From positions 479-64,478 of the forward strand of contig CAZNGS010000005.1 in assembly GCA_964572825.1 (NCBI GenBank): a stretch of DNA of 64,000 bases, written 5' to 3'. A model generated the notes under the pieces. The model searched no databases. It saw only the letters and a program-made list of their open reading frames with translations, and was not told where the DNA came from. Source of the stretch: an uncultured candidatus Brocadiaceae bacterium. GTDB lineage: Bacteria; Planctomycetota; Brocadiia; SM23-32. Position numbers and translations under genes: made by a program. Below, one piece after another: positions 10,940 through 21,113 of the stretch (within the stretch, counting starts at the first letter, position 1; the number at the start of each line of letters is the position of its first letter).

Positions 10940-11014
10940 GATACGGGAGCCCGCTCCGGGGCGGGGAGCCGCGAAACCACTGAGGTGACCTTTGGACAGC
11001 AAACGGAGGGACTG

Positions 11015-12046
11015 ATGAGGGAGGATACGGTGAGAACGGCGGTCATCGGCTGTGGGGGCATAGCGCAGCATGCGCACCTGCCGGCCATCCGGCGGAACGA
11101 ACAAGAAGAACTCGTGGCTGTGGCGGACGCGTTCGAGGACCTGGCCGGCAAAGTCGGACGCCGCCACGGCCTTTCGGAGGATGACATCTGCGCGGATTAC
11201 CGCCAGATACTGGACCGCGACGACGTGGACGCTGTAACCGTGTGCACGTGGACCGGCCTGCACGCCGAGATATCGGTGCACGCCCTGGAGGCCGGCAAGC
11301 ACGTGCTGGTCGAAAAGCCCATGGCCGTCACCGGGGATGAGGCCCGCCGGATGGTCGATGCGGCGGATCATGCGGACAGGCTGCTGATGATCGCCTACAA
11401 CCACACCTACGACCTGGCCACCGAGCGCGTGAAGGAAATGCTGGATGCCGGCGAGCTGGGCGATCTCCTCTACGCCGAGGTCTTCTTCTATGAAGACGCC
11501 GGCGCCTGGGACGCGGGCGCCTACCGGCGGACACTCCGCAGTGACCAGGCCGGAAGAGGAGGATCGTGGTCGCCGGGCCGCCGCGAGAAACTCCTCCACT
11601 ACGTTCACAACTTCGATTCCCACGTTCTGAACCTGATGCGCGTCCTGCTGGGAGATCCGCAGGGCATCGAGTTCTGCCGCTGGACTGAGGGTTCGGGGCT
11701 GTGGGCCATGCTCGACTACGGGGACTTCCGGACCTACTTCAAGAACGTGGAGACGAAGCAGCGCCGGTTCGAGAAGGGCATCGAGATATGCGGCTCCAAA
11801 AAGCGGGTGCGCCTGGAGCTGGCACCGCCGCTGCAGCGCTACTGCGCGGGCACCGTCCGCATTACCGATGCTGACTCTCAGGCCGAGTCGGAACTGCTTC
11901 TCCCGTACCGCTGGCCCTTCGAGCTGGAGCATGAGCATTTCTCCTCCTGTGTGCTCAACGGCCAGCAACCGCTGACCAGCGGCCGGCAGGCCCTCAACGA
12001 CGTCATTCTGGCGGAGCAACTCACGGACCGCGCCCTGAGCGAGTAG
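11015..12046 (+). CDS. Gfo/Idh/MocA family oxidoreductase
   Basis: VIGCGGIAQHAHLPA Rossmann motif and VLVEKPMA motif. GGAGGG RBS before ATG 11015. The ORF is open from 10985. TAG stop. Confidence 0.8.
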   Translation: MREDTVRTAVIGCGGIAQHAHLPAIRRNEQEELVAVADAFEDLAGKVGRRHGLSEDDICADYRQILDRDDVDAVTVCTWTGLHAEISVHALEAGKHVLVEKPMAVTGDEARRMVDAADHADRLLMIAYNHTYDLATERVKEMLDAGELGDLLYAEVFFYEDAGAWDAGAYRRTLRSDQAGRGGSWSPGRREKLLHYVHNFDSHVLNLMRVLLGDPQGIEFCRWTEGSGLWAMLDYGDFRTYFKNVETKQRRFEKGIEICGSKKRVRLELAPPLQRYCAGTVRITDADSQAESELLLPYRWPFELEHEHFSSCVLNGQQPLTSGRQALNDVILAEQLTDRALSE

Positions 12047-12080
12047 AGCGCACGCAGGGGACTTTCACGAAAGGATTCAC

Positions 12081-13034
12081 ATGGAGACCAAATTCGGGCT
12101 GGCCGACTTCACCTACTTTCTCTCCAAGTTCAGGACAAAACAGCTCGGCGACCTTGAACTGCTGGACAAGGTCGCGGACATGGGATTGGACTGTTTCCAG
12201 GCGGGTCTTGCCACCGACCTGCCGGACGGAGGAACCGAACAGCGGAAGGCCCTCCGGGAGAAGGCCGAGGCGCTGGGCGTCGAGCTGATCGGGGCCGGCG
12301 GTGGGCAGCCCACGCCCGAACTGTTCGAGAAGGAGCTGGGGGCCGCCGCGGAGATGGGGGCGGGCATCTTCCGGCACGCCTGTGCCCTGTTCCGATGGAA
12401 GAACCCTCCCGCGCCCCCGGAACAGCTCCAGGAGGCGCTGGCCGCCGTCGCCCCCCGCGCCGAGCGGGAGGGCATCACCATTGCCATCGAGAATCACCAG
12501 GATTACACCTGCCAGGAGCTGGCCGGCGTCATGAGCGCCGTGGACAGCCCGAACGTGGGCGTGTGCCTGGACACCGGGAACTCCATGTCGATGATGGAGG
12601 CCCCGCTGCAGACGGCGCGGACTCTGGCCCCGTACGTGCACGATGTGCATCTGAAGGAATACGTCCTCCTGCCCTGTCCGGCGGGATTCAGCATGGTGGG
12701 CGTGACGCTGGGGCAGGGCATCGTGCACAACCGCACCATCCTGGACATCCTGCGGCGGGAAGCCCCGGCCGATCCGTTGCACGTAACCCTGGAGAACCCG
12801 CTGGAACGCTGTCCCACCCCGATCCTTTCCAGCGCCTACGTCGAGACGTTCGCCGACAGAACCTTCGCCGATTTCGCGCCATTGGCCGAGCTGATCGAAG
12901 CGAGCTTGGAGAGATACCCCGACGGGGTCACGCTGCCCCAGGAGTCCGGGTTGTCAGACGAGGAGATAGCGGCTGCCGAGGACGAGCACAACCGGAAGGC
13001 GGTTCGCTACGCTCGGGAGCTCCTGGGGCTCTGA
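12081..13034 (+). CDS. sugar phosphate isomerase/epimerase (xylose isomerase-like TIM barrel)
   Basis: IAIENHQD, CLDTGN and HLKE motifs of the AP-endonuclease-2/xylose-isomerase TIM-barrel superfamily. Confidence 0.75.
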   Translation: METKFGLADFTYFLSKFRTKQLGDLELLDKVADMGLDCFQAGLATDLPDGGTEQRKALREKAEALGVELIGAGGGQPTPELFEKELGAAAEMGAGIFRHACALFRWKNPPAPPEQLQEALAAVAPRAEREGITIAIENHQDYTCQELAGVMSAVDSPNVGVCLDTGNSMSMMEAPLQTARTLAPYVHDVHLKEYVLLPCPAGFSMVGVTLGQGIVHNRTILDILRREAPADPLHVTLENPLERCPTPILSSAYVETFADRTFADFAPLAELIEASLERYPDGVTLPQESGLSDEEIAAAEDEHNRKAVRYARELLGL

Positions 13035-13070
13035 GCGGCTCCGACGGTACCGTCATCAGGAGCACATGGC

Positions 13071-14627
13071 ATGGTGGATCGCTCAGACAGGCTGGTCGTA
13101 GGGCTTGACTGCGGGACCTCCGTGGTGAAGGCGGCGGCGTTCGACCCGGAGGGCGATGAGATCGCGGTTGCCCAGTCCACGCTGGAGGGCCTGTCCCTGC
13201 AACGGGGCTGGATGGAATACCGGCCGGAAGATATGTGGGCCGCTGCGGCGGCGGCTCTGCGAGAACTGGTGGACTCGGAGGGCGTATCTGCCGACGCGAT
13301 CGCCGCCGTCGGGCCGACCGGCGCCGGCAACGGGGCGCTCCTGCTGGATGAGAGTGACGACACCGTGCGGAACGGCATCTTCGCGGTGGACACCCGGGCC
13401 GCGGACATGATGGCGCGCGATGCCGAGGAAGGGCTGCCCGCCCGCACGCGTGCCATCAACGGCCAGACGACCTGGACGGGTCAGACTTTCTGTCTGCTGA
13501 AATGGCTCCGGGAGAACGAGCCGGAGTCTTTCCAGCGAGTCGACAAGGTCCTGGTCATAAAGGACTACGTGAAGTTTCGGCTTACCGGCCAGTACGTGGG
13601 CGACGCGTCCGAGCAGAGCAAAGTCGGCCTGATGGATATATCCCGGGGCGAATGCACGGAGGAGCTGCTGGCTCTCTACCGTATCGAGGAGTTGCTCGAC
13701 CGGCTGCCTCCCATACGGGGCTCGACGGAGGTCATCGGGGGGGTCACTTCGGAGGCGGCAGAGCAGACCGGGCTCCGGGCCGGCACTCCCGTAGTCAACG
13801 GTCTGGCCGACATCGACGCCTCCGCGCTGGGCGCGGGCGTTGTGCGTGCCGGGCAGATGTCCATCGTCGCCGGCACGTGGTCGATCAACCAGCTTTTTGT
13901 GGACGAGCCGAAGATCGACCCGCGCCTCTTCGGGCTCTCCTTCTACGCCGTCGAAGGCCTCTACGAGCATCTTGAGGCGTCCCCATCGTCTACCGCCAAC
14001 CTCACATGGTTCATCAACCAGGCGTGCGCGGACCTGCGGCGGGAAGCGCAGCGGCAGGGCCGCTCGGTTTATGACCTGATCAACCAGGCGGTTGACTCGG
14101 TGGCGCCGGCTTCCACGGAGGTCTTCTTCCATCCGTACCTTTACGGCTCGAACACCAGGACCAACGCCCGCGCGGGGTTCTACGGGCTGGCGGGCTGGCA
14201 GGAGCGGCCCGAGCTGCTGGCGGCGCTCTACGAGGGGGTCGTTTTCAGCCACAACCACCATGTCGAGAAGCTGCGCGCGCTGGAAGAACCGGTGTCCGAG
14301 GTGCGACTTTCCGGAGGGGCGGCCCGCAGTGAGGTCTGGTCCCGAATGTTCGCCAACGTCATTGGCCTGCCGGTGACCGTGCCGCGGGCACGGGAGGTCG
14401 GCGCCCTGGGAGCCGCCATCTGCGCCGCGACGGGGGCGGAGGTGTATCCCGACATCCTCCGCGCGGTGGACCGGATGGTCCATACCGCCCGGGTTCACGA
14501 ACCGGACGCGCAGCTCCAGGAGCGATATGCCGAAAGATACGAGTGCTACAAACGAGTGACCGAGCTGATGGGGCCGGTATGGGACGAGCTGAGCGGGGTT
14601 TTCAGCAGACCGCAAGGTCAGGGTTGA
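13071..14627 (+). CDS. FGGY-family carbohydrate kinase (xylulokinase/ribulokinase-like)
   Basis: N-terminal LVVGLDCGTSVVKAA actin-fold phosphate-1 motif, the IAGTWS motif and C-terminal LSGGAARS. Length is about 518 aa. Confidence 0.8.
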   Translation: MVDRSDRLVVGLDCGTSVVKAAAFDPEGDEIAVAQSTLEGLSLQRGWMEYRPEDMWAAAAAALRELVDSEGVSADAIAAVGPTGAGNGALLLDESDDTVRNGIFAVDTRAADMMARDAEEGLPARTRAINGQTTWTGQTFCLLKWLRENEPESFQRVDKVLVIKDYVKFRLTGQYVGDASEQSKVGLMDISRGECTEELLALYRIEELLDRLPPIRGSTEVIGGVTSEAAEQTGLRAGTPVVNGLADIDASALGAGVVRAGQMSIVAGTWSINQLFVDEPKIDPRLFGLSFYAVEGLYEHLEASPSSTANLTWFINQACADLRREAQRQGRSVYDLINQAVDSVAPASTEVFFHPYLYGSNTRTNARAGFYGLAGWQERPELLAALYEGVVFSHNHHVEKLRALEEPVSEVRLSGGAARSEVWSRMFANVIGLPVTVPRAREVGALGAAICAATGAEVYPDILRAVDRMVHTARVHEPDAQLQERYAERYECYKRVTELMGPVWDELSGVFSRPQGQG

Positions 14628-14646
14628 ACGCGACAGGGAGGACGGC

Positions 14647-15405
14647 ATGGAGCTGGGACTGAGAGGGAAGGCAGCCGTGGTGACCGGCGGCGCCGGCGGT
14701 ATAGGCCGGGAGATCGTGCGCAGGTTTGCGGCGGAAGGATGTAACTGCTGCATCCTGGACCTCAACGTTGAGCTGGCCCGCGAGATTGCCGACGAAGTGA
14801 CGGCCGGGGGGGAGGCCCGGGCCCTGGCGGTCCGGTGCGACGTGACACAGCGGGCCGACGTGGAGGGAGCCTTCGGCCGGGCAGAGGAGGAGTTCGGAGA
14901 ACTGCATGCGCTGATCAACTCCCACCAGCTCTGGCCGACGGCCTGGTTCACGGACATCACCGACGAGCAATGGCGAGAAGCCATCGACGTCAACCTGACG
15001 TCCTACTACCTGACCTGCCAGGCCATGGTGCGGCACATGCTGAAGCGGAACATCCGGGGCTCGATCCTGAACATCTCCTCCCAGGCCGCCTTCCGGGGCG
15101 CCACCACCGGGCACGCCCACTACGCCGCCGCCAAGGCCGGCATTCTCGCCCTGACCAAATCCATCGCCCGCGAGACCGCCGAGAAGGGCATTACGGCCAA
15201 TGCTCTGGCGCCCGGCATGGCGCGCACGCCCGCCACGGAGAAGGTCCTGCAGAAGAACCCCGAAGAGTACCTGCGACGGATCCCCCTCCGGAGAGTGGCC
15301 GAGCCCGAGGAGGTGGCCGACGTGGCGGTGTTCCTGGTCTCCGAAAGGGCGGGCTACATGACCGGCACCACCGTGGACATCAGCGGTGGTATGTTGATGC
15401 GTTGA
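14647..15405 (+). CDS. SDR-family oxidoreductase
   Basis: TGGAGGIG cofactor motif, catalytic YxxxK (YAAAKAG) and NISS. Confidence 0.85.
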   Translation: MELGLRGKAAVVTGGAGGIGREIVRRFAAEGCNCCILDLNVELAREIADEVTAGGEARALAVRCDVTQRADVEGAFGRAEEEFGELHALINSHQLWPTAWFTDITDEQWREAIDVNLTSYYLTCQAMVRHMLKRNIRGSILNISSQAAFRGATTGHAHYAAAKAGILALTKSIARETAEKGITANALAPGMARTPATEKVLQKNPEEYLRRIPLRRVAEPEEVADVAVFLVSERAGYMTGTTVDISGGMLMR

Positions 15406-15451
15406 GAGCCGCTGCGTACTGCGTAAGGCACGGACTCAGAAGGATACAGCC

Positions 15452-16573
15452 ATGGAATCGGCTTCGACCCAACGCCCCGTTGCTCGCATCCTGGCCGTCG
15501 GCGATCATTTCCTGGACGTCGAGACGTTGCGGGAGATCGTCGAGCCCGGTCTGCCGGACGGCGTGGAGTTCCAGGCGGTCCAGTGGGAGACCGAAGGCAG
15601 GGAGGACCTGCAGGAGTTCAATGCGTTGATCGAACAGAACGGTCCCGGGGCCGTCGAGCCGCCGGCGGCGCTGCTTGAGCGAATAGGCGATGCGGACATC
15701 CTGTTCACCCAGTTCTGCCCGCTGTCCCGGGAGACCATAGATGCGGCCGGCTCTCTGCGCGTGATCGGACTGGGCAGGAGCGGCACCGAGAACGTGGACG
15801 TGGAGGCCGCGACCGAGCGCGGCATCTCCGTGCTGAACACGGTGGGCCGCAACGCAGAAGCCGTCGCGGAATACACGATCGGGCTGCTGCTCTGTGAGGC
15901 CCGCAACATAGCCCGTGCGCACGCCGCGCTCAAGCAGGGCAAGTGGCGGAAGAATTACCCCAACGACGAGACGGTGCCGGAGTTGCCCGGCAGGACGCTG
16001 GGCACCATCGGCCTGGGGCAGATCGGGCGGCTGATCGTGGAGCGTCTGTCCGGATTCGAGATGCGATTTCTGGCGCACGACCCGTATGCGTCCCCGGAGT
16101 CCGCCGCCCGGCTCGGAGTAAAGCTGGTCGACCTGCGGACCCTGATGGAAGAATCAGATTTCGTGACGGTGCACGCCCGGCTGACCGAGGAGACCCGCGG
16201 CCTGGTGGGGCGGCAGATGCTGGAGTTGATGAAGCCGACGGCATACCTGATCAACACGGCCCGTGCCGAGATCGTGGACGAGGCGGCTCTGGTGGATTCT
16301 CTCAGAGAGGGGCGCATTGCGGGCGCCGCGCTGGACGTCTTCGCTTCCGAACCGCTGCCGGATGACAGCCCTTTGCCGGGCCTCGACCGGGTGACGCTCT
16401 CCCCGCACCAGGCCGGCGTGACCGCGGATGCCTACCGGACGACGGCCCGGCTGTTCTTGCAGAACATCTCCCGTCTATGGGAGGGGAGCGAGCTGCCGCA
16501 CAACCTGTTGAATCCCGAAACCGAGGACAAGCTGCGCTCATTCAAAGAACGTTTGCAGGAGGAACTCCCGTGA
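15452..16573 (+). CDS. D-isomer-specific 2-hydroxyacid dehydrogenase (NAD-binding)
   Basis: GTIGLGQIGRLIV NAD-binding motif and the catalytic RAE...HQAG-type histidine region (LSPHQAG). Confidence 0.8.
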   Translation: MESASTQRPVARILAVGDHFLDVETLREIVEPGLPDGVEFQAVQWETEGREDLQEFNALIEQNGPGAVEPPAALLERIGDADILFTQFCPLSRETIDAAGSLRVIGLGRSGTENVDVEAATERGISVLNTVGRNAEAVAEYTIGLLLCEARNIARAHAALKQGKWRKNYPNDETVPELPGRTLGTIGLGQIGRLIVERLSGFEMRFLAHDPYASPESAARLGVKLVDLRTLMEESDFVTVHARLTEETRGLVGRQMLELMKPTAYLINTARAEIVDEAALVDSLREGRIAGAALDVFASEPLPDDSPLPGLDRVTLSPHQAGVTADAYRTTARLFLQNISRLWEGSELPHNLLNPETEDKLRSFKERLQEELP

Positions 16574-17376
16574 ATCTGGAGGAGCTTTACGATCTGAAGG
16601 GCAAGGTCGCGGTGGTGACCGGCGGAAGCATCGGGCTGGGCAGGCAGATGGCCACCGGCCTGGCCGAGGCGGGCGCCAACATCGCCATCGCGAACCGGCG
16701 CGCCGAGATGGGCCGCGAGACGGCCGAACAGCTCGAACAAATGGGCGTCCGGGCCCTGGCCGTGGAGATGGACGTCACAGACCGCGAACAGGTCGTCGCC
16801 GGTATGGAGCAGATCCTCCAGGAGTTCGGCACCATCGACATCCTGGTGAATAACGCCGGCATCAGCCTGGAGAATCCGCTGGCCACGGACGAGGAGAACC
16901 TGGAGACGTGGCACAAGGTCATGGACGTCAACGTGGCGGGCATTTACCTGTGCACGTCCGCCGTGGCCGACGTCATGAAGCAGAAGCATTCCGGCAAGAT
17001 CATCAACATCGCCTCCATCTACGGCGCCAACGGCATAGACCGCTCGCTCTACGTCGAGGACCTGGACGAGCCCTTCGCGCTGCACTCCTACGCCGCCAGC
17101 AAGGGCGCGGTGGTCAACCTGACCCGCGACCTGGCGGCGACCCTGGGCCGTTACAACATCAACGTGAACGCCATACTGCCGGCCACGTTCGTCACCGACC
17201 AGAACCGGCACATCCTTCCGGAGGACGTCCTGGGGCGCATCCGGGCACGGACGCCGCTGGGCAGGACCGGCACGGACGACGACCTGAAAGGCGTCATCGT
17301 CTTCCTGGCCAGCGACGCATCCAAGTACGTCACCGGGCAGATGCTGGCCGTTGACGGCGGCTGGCTCTGCTGGTAA
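16570..17376 (+). CDS. SDR-family oxidoreductase
   Basis: GTG start overlaps the upstream TGA (GTGA), which suggests translational coupling. TGGSIGLG, NNAG and YAASK motifs. Confidence 0.8.
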   Translation: MNLEELYDLKGKVAVVTGGSIGLGRQMATGLAEAGANIAIANRRAEMGRETAEQLEQMGVRALAVEMDVTDREQVVAGMEQILQEFGTIDILVNNAGISLENPLATDEENLETWHKVMDVNVAGIYLCTSAVADVMKQKHSGKIINIASIYGANGIDRSLYVEDLDEPFALHSYAASKGAVVNLTRDLAATLGRYNINVNAILPATFVTDQNRHILPEDVLGRIRARTPLGRTGTDDDLKGVIVFLASDASKYVTGQMLAVDGGWLCW

Positions 17377-17398
17377 CCCCGCTTTGCTGCCAGAGGGA

Positions 17399-18898
17399 AT
17401 GAACGTGATGAATGCTGCTGGTTCAGGAAGCCCGCCGTCCGCCCGGTCCACGTGTGCAAGGTTGTTGCTGCTCGGCAACTGGGCCGACCCGACCATCCTG
17501 CGGGACGGCGAGGACTATTACCTCACGCATTCGAGCTTCGAATTCCAGCCGGGATTGCTGGTCTGGCATTCCCGAGACCTGCTGAACTGGCGGCCCATGG
17601 GGCACGCCGTCGTGAACCAGGAGGGCTCGATATGGGCTCCCGACCTGCTCAAGCGCGGGGACCTCTACTACATCTACTATCCCGCTGGCGGGCAGAATTG
17701 GGTGGTGACCGCAAAGTCACCCGCCGGCCCCTGGTCCGAACCCGTGGCCACCGGTTCGCAGTTGATCGACCCGGGCCACATTGCTGATGAGGACGGAAAG
17801 CGTTACCTGCACGTGGCGGGCGGGCACATGCGGGAGCTCAGCGTCGATGGCCTGCGGTGCACGTCGCAGCGGCGCAAGGTATACGACGGCTGGCCCATTC
17901 CGCAGAATTGGGCGATCGAGTGCTTCTGCCTGGAGTCGCCCAAGCTGCTCAGGCGGGACGGCTGGTACTACCTGACCAGCGCGCAGGGCGGAACGTTCGG
18001 CCCCTCCACCAGCCACATGGTCGTCTCCGCCCGGTCGCGGCGCCCGGCAGGGCCGTGGGAGAACTCTCCGCACAACCCCATCATCCGCACCTGGCACCGG
18101 AACGAGCCCTGGTGGTCAAAGGGGCATGGAACGGTTTTCAAAGGCCCGGACGAGCAGTGGTATTGCATCCTGCACGGGATCATGAACGGCCATCGCTCCC
18201 TGGGGCGCTGCACCCTGATCGAACCCATCGAGTGGACCGAGGACGGCTGGTTCCGTGTGGCGGAGGAATGGCCCGCTGGGTGGGAGCAGCCCGCGACCAT
18301 GCACCTGGAGCTGGGCGACGAATTCGAGAGCGATGAGCTGGGCGTCCAGTGGCAGTTCCACCGTTGCTTCGATGCCGACCGCTTCGCGGTGGGCGAGGGG
18401 GTGCTGACGTTGGGCGCGGCCGGCCGGGACGCCGGGCATTCCTGCCCGCTCACCTGCGAGCCGATGCATCGGGCCTACGAGATCGAAACCCGGGTGGAGG
18501 TGGAAGGCGGGGCGGGGGCCGGCTTGATGCTTTTCTCATCGCCCAATCGGTACATCGGCCTGTCCATCTCCCGGGACGGGGTGCTGCGCCGCGTGCAGGA
18601 AGGCTGCCGCCGTTACGGTTGGATGCAGGAACCGCAGCCGGCTCGGGGCTCCCTGCGGCTCCGGATAGTCAACGACCGGCAAGACGTCCGCTTCTACTAC
18701 AGGGCGGATGAGGAACCATGGCAGATCATGCAGCCGAGCATGGAGATATCTGCCTGGGGGTCGGCGCGGAGCGGCCTGTTCGCGTTCGGAGAGGGCAGCG
18801 CACGCTTCCACGGTTTCCGCTACCGGGCACTGGAAGACCGCGAACGGGCAGACAGTTGGCTGGCGGAGATGTTCCGTTTCTCGCGCCAGTCCGCGTAA
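17399..18898 (+). CDS. GH43 beta-xylosidase/alpha-L-arabinofuranosidase-like with C-terminal concanavalin-like beta-sandwich
   Basis: GAGGGA RBS before ATG 17399. The ORF is open from 17351. GH43 catalytic-base region (ADPTILRDGEDYYL), IWAPDL and a C-terminal beta-xylosidase-type domain. Confidence 0.8.
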   Translation: MNVMNAAGSGSPPSARSTCARLLLLGNWADPTILRDGEDYYLTHSSFEFQPGLLVWHSRDLLNWRPMGHAVVNQEGSIWAPDLLKRGDLYYIYYPAGGQNWVVTAKSPAGPWSEPVATGSQLIDPGHIADEDGKRYLHVAGGHMRELSVDGLRCTSQRRKVYDGWPIPQNWAIECFCLESPKLLRRDGWYYLTSAQGGTFGPSTSHMVVSARSRRPAGPWENSPHNPIIRTWHRNEPWWSKGHGTVFKGPDEQWYCILHGIMNGHRSLGRCTLIEPIEWTEDGWFRVAEEWPAGWEQPATMHLELGDEFESDELGVQWQFHRCFDADRFAVGEGVLTLGAAGRDAGHSCPLTCEPMHRAYEIETRVEVEGGAGAGLMLFSSPNRYIGLSISRDGVLRRVQEGCRRYGWMQEPQPARGSLRLRIVNDRQDVRFYYRADEEPWQIMQPSMEISAWGSARSGLFAFGEGSARFHGFRYRALEDRERADSWLAEMFRFSRQSA

Positions 18899-18929
18899 AG
18901 GTCCGCCTGGCTCGCCATGGAGAGGTGCA

Positions 18930-20513
18930 ATGAATCGCCCGTCCCACAGTCAGCGCCCGAGTATAGTCCTCATGATGCTGGATGATATGGGTTTCTCGGA
19001 CATCGGGTGTTACGGGTCCGAGATCCGCACGCCTCATCTCGATTGCATGGCGGAACGCGGTGTCCGCTACACGCAGTTCTACAACTGCGCCCGGTGTTGC
19101 CCGACCCGCGCCTCCCTGCTGACCGGGCTCTATCCGCACCATGCGGGTATCGGGTACATGGAGCCCGGCAACCGCTACAACAGGGCCCTCATGGAGAATC
19201 TGGCGGCCTGCGAGTACCAGGGATTCCTTAACCGCAACTGCGTCACCATCGCCGAGGCTCTGAAGCCGGCCGGTTACCAGACCTTTATGGCCGGCAAGTG
19301 GCACGTCGGCACGGGCGACGGCCAGCGACCCCTGCAACGCGGTTTCGATCGGTATTACGGCATCATCGGCGGCGCCTGCAATTACTGGCGGCCGAAACCC
19401 CACAACCTCCGTTGCGGTGACCAGCCGGTGGAGGAGCTGCCGGACGAGTTCTACACCACCGACCAGTTCACGGATTACGCCATCCGCTTCCTGCGGGAGG
19501 CCGACCGGGACCGCCCGTTCTTCCTGTACGTGGCCTATAATGCCCCGCACTGGCCGCTGCACGCCTGGGCGGAGGACATCGAGCGCTATCGCGGCCGCTA
19601 CGTGATGGGATGGGACGAACTGCGTCGGCGGCGCCTGGCCCGGCAGAAGAAGATGGGCCTTTTCGAGCCGGACCTCGAGCTGTCCCCCCGTGACGAAGAG
19701 AGCTATCCCTGGGAGGACGAGCCCCGCAAGGAGCACATGGACCTGCGCATGGCCGTCTACGCGGCCATGATCGACCGGGTCGACCAGGGCATCGGTCGCC
19801 TGCTGGAGGTCCTGCGGGCACAAGGCCGGGAGGAAAACACGCTGATCATGTTCCTGAGCGACAACGGTGGCTGCGCCGAGCCCGTGGGGAAGGACAGCGA
19901 CGAGCCGCCGGGCCCGGCGGATACGTACCAGGGCTACCTCCTGCCCTGGGCCAACGCCAGCAACACTCCCTTTCGCCTGTTCAAGCACTGGGTGCACGAG
20001 GGCGGCATCGCCACGCCGTTCATCGCCTGCTGGCCGACTGCCATCAACGGAGGTGCCATCAACCGGCGCCAGATCGGGCACGTGAAGGACATCATGCCCA
20101 CCTGCCTGGAGGTAGCCGGCGCCGACTATCCGGCCACGTTTCGGGGCCACGAGGTCAAGCGGCTGGAGGGCAGCAGCCTGCTGCATTCCTTCCTCGATCC
20201 CGGATCGGTCCGCAACCAGACCATCTACTGGGAGCACGAGGGCAACCGGGCCGTGCGCGAGGGGCGCTGGAAGCTCACCTGCTACTACAACGAAATCCAC
20301 GAGGAAATGCAGAAGGTCGGCACGGGCAAGCGGACAGGCGGATGGGAGCTCTACGACCTCGCCGCCGACCGCACCGAGCTGAACGACCTGGCCGCGGAGC
20401 ATCCCGAGAAGGCGAGCGAACTGCGGCGCAAGTACGAGCGGTGGGAACAGAAGGTCGGCGCTCTGGACTGGGAACGCGTGATGAAGGCCGGAGGGTTCTG
20501 GAACTCAGACTGA
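18930..20513 (+). CDS. sulfatase (formylglycine-dependent arylsulfatase family)
   Basis: ATG 18930 follows GGAGAGG. Sulfatase signature C-x-P-x-R (CCPTRASLLTG) and GKWH motif. Confidence 0.85.
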   Translation: MNRPSHSQRPSIVLMMLDDMGFSDIGCYGSEIRTPHLDCMAERGVRYTQFYNCARCCPTRASLLTGLYPHHAGIGYMEPGNRYNRALMENLAACEYQGFLNRNCVTIAEALKPAGYQTFMAGKWHVGTGDGQRPLQRGFDRYYGIIGGACNYWRPKPHNLRCGDQPVEELPDEFYTTDQFTDYAIRFLREADRDRPFFLYVAYNAPHWPLHAWAEDIERYRGRYVMGWDELRRRRLARQKKMGLFEPDLELSPRDEESYPWEDEPRKEHMDLRMAVYAAMIDRVDQGIGRLLEVLRAQGREENTLIMFLSDNGGCAEPVGKDSDEPPGPADTYQGYLLPWANASNTPFRLFKHWVHEGGIATPFIACWPTAINGGAINRRQIGHVKDIMPTCLEVAGADYPATFRGHEVKRLEGSSLLHSFLDPGSVRNQTIYWEHEGNRAVREGRWKLTCYYNEIHEEMQKVGTGKRTGGWELYDLAADRTELNDLAAEHPEKASELRRKYERWEQKVGALDWERVMKAGGFWNSD

Positions 20514-20533
20514 CGTCCGGTTCCGCCGCTGGT

Positions 20534-20875
20534 TCACTTCATGCTGCGTTCGGCCAGGATGGCGCGGACCCGGTGCTTCAGGTCGGGCAGTTCCTCCGTG
20601 ACGCACTGCCACACCTTGTTGCTATCCACCTCCCACGGGTTGCCGATGACGTCGTGGCAGAGGTGGCGAAGGTGCTCCCAGTCGATCTCCGGGTGCCCCT
20701 TGCGTTCGTGCTCCGAGAGATGCCGCGCGGCAAGGCTGACCAGCTCCAGGTTCCACAGCACCGCGTGGCGGACCGCCATGGAATTCATGAACTCATCCCG
20801 CCCGTGCCGCACGAACTGCTCGATGTGGCCTATGGCCTGGTTCAGGCGCAAAAGCTGGCGTTGGCCGGCCTCCAT
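20534..20875 (-). CDS. HepT-like (DUF86) toxin-family protein, no cognate nucleotidyltransferase adjacent
   Basis: AAGGGGG RBS before ATG (MEAGQRQLL...). C-terminal DUF86 hallmark ...IDWEHLRHLCHDVIGNPWEVDSNKVWQCVTEELPDLKHRVRAIL (R-x-x-x-H motif plus the LPxL tail). Confidence 0.6.
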   Translation of the reverse strand: MEAGQRQLLRLNQAIGHIEQFVRHGRDEFMNSMAVRHAVLWNLELVSLAARHLSEHERKGHPEIDWEHLRHLCHDVIGNPWEVDSNKVWQCVTEELPDLKHRVRAILAERSMK

Positions 20876-21083
20876 GTTCCAGCCCCCTTTCCCTGACGGT
20901 CGCGATAAAACCCCGCCAGCAGTCTGCCGAAAACCGACCGGGCCGGGCCGCACACCGCACCAGAATCTTCGGGAAGCTCACGAAGACAGCCCACCTTGCC
21001 GGACAATCTGCTGACGCTCAACATTCTGCCTCGAGACGCGGAGCGTATCCTCCCAACATATTCCTCACAGCCCTGCCGGCCCC

Positions 21084-21113
21084 ATAATACCACCGCGGGG
21101 GCGTTTTTTCCAA
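21084..21113 (-). promoter_or_regulatory. sigma70-like promoter candidate (TTGGAA-N18-TATTAT) upstream of the HepT-like gene
   Basis: The minus strand reads ttggaaaaaacgcccccgcggtggtattat, about 190 nt upstream of the HepT ATG, inside a low-GC non-coding gap. Confidence 0.25.

Noticed and set aside
9278-12019. 913-aa minus-strand ORF
   Set aside because: It is antisense to three well-supported + strand genes (PQQ remnant, AKR, Gfo/Idh/MocA). The product is Arg/Ala/Gly/Pro-rich, and no domain motif is recognisable. This is the expected long antisense ORF of high-GC DNA.
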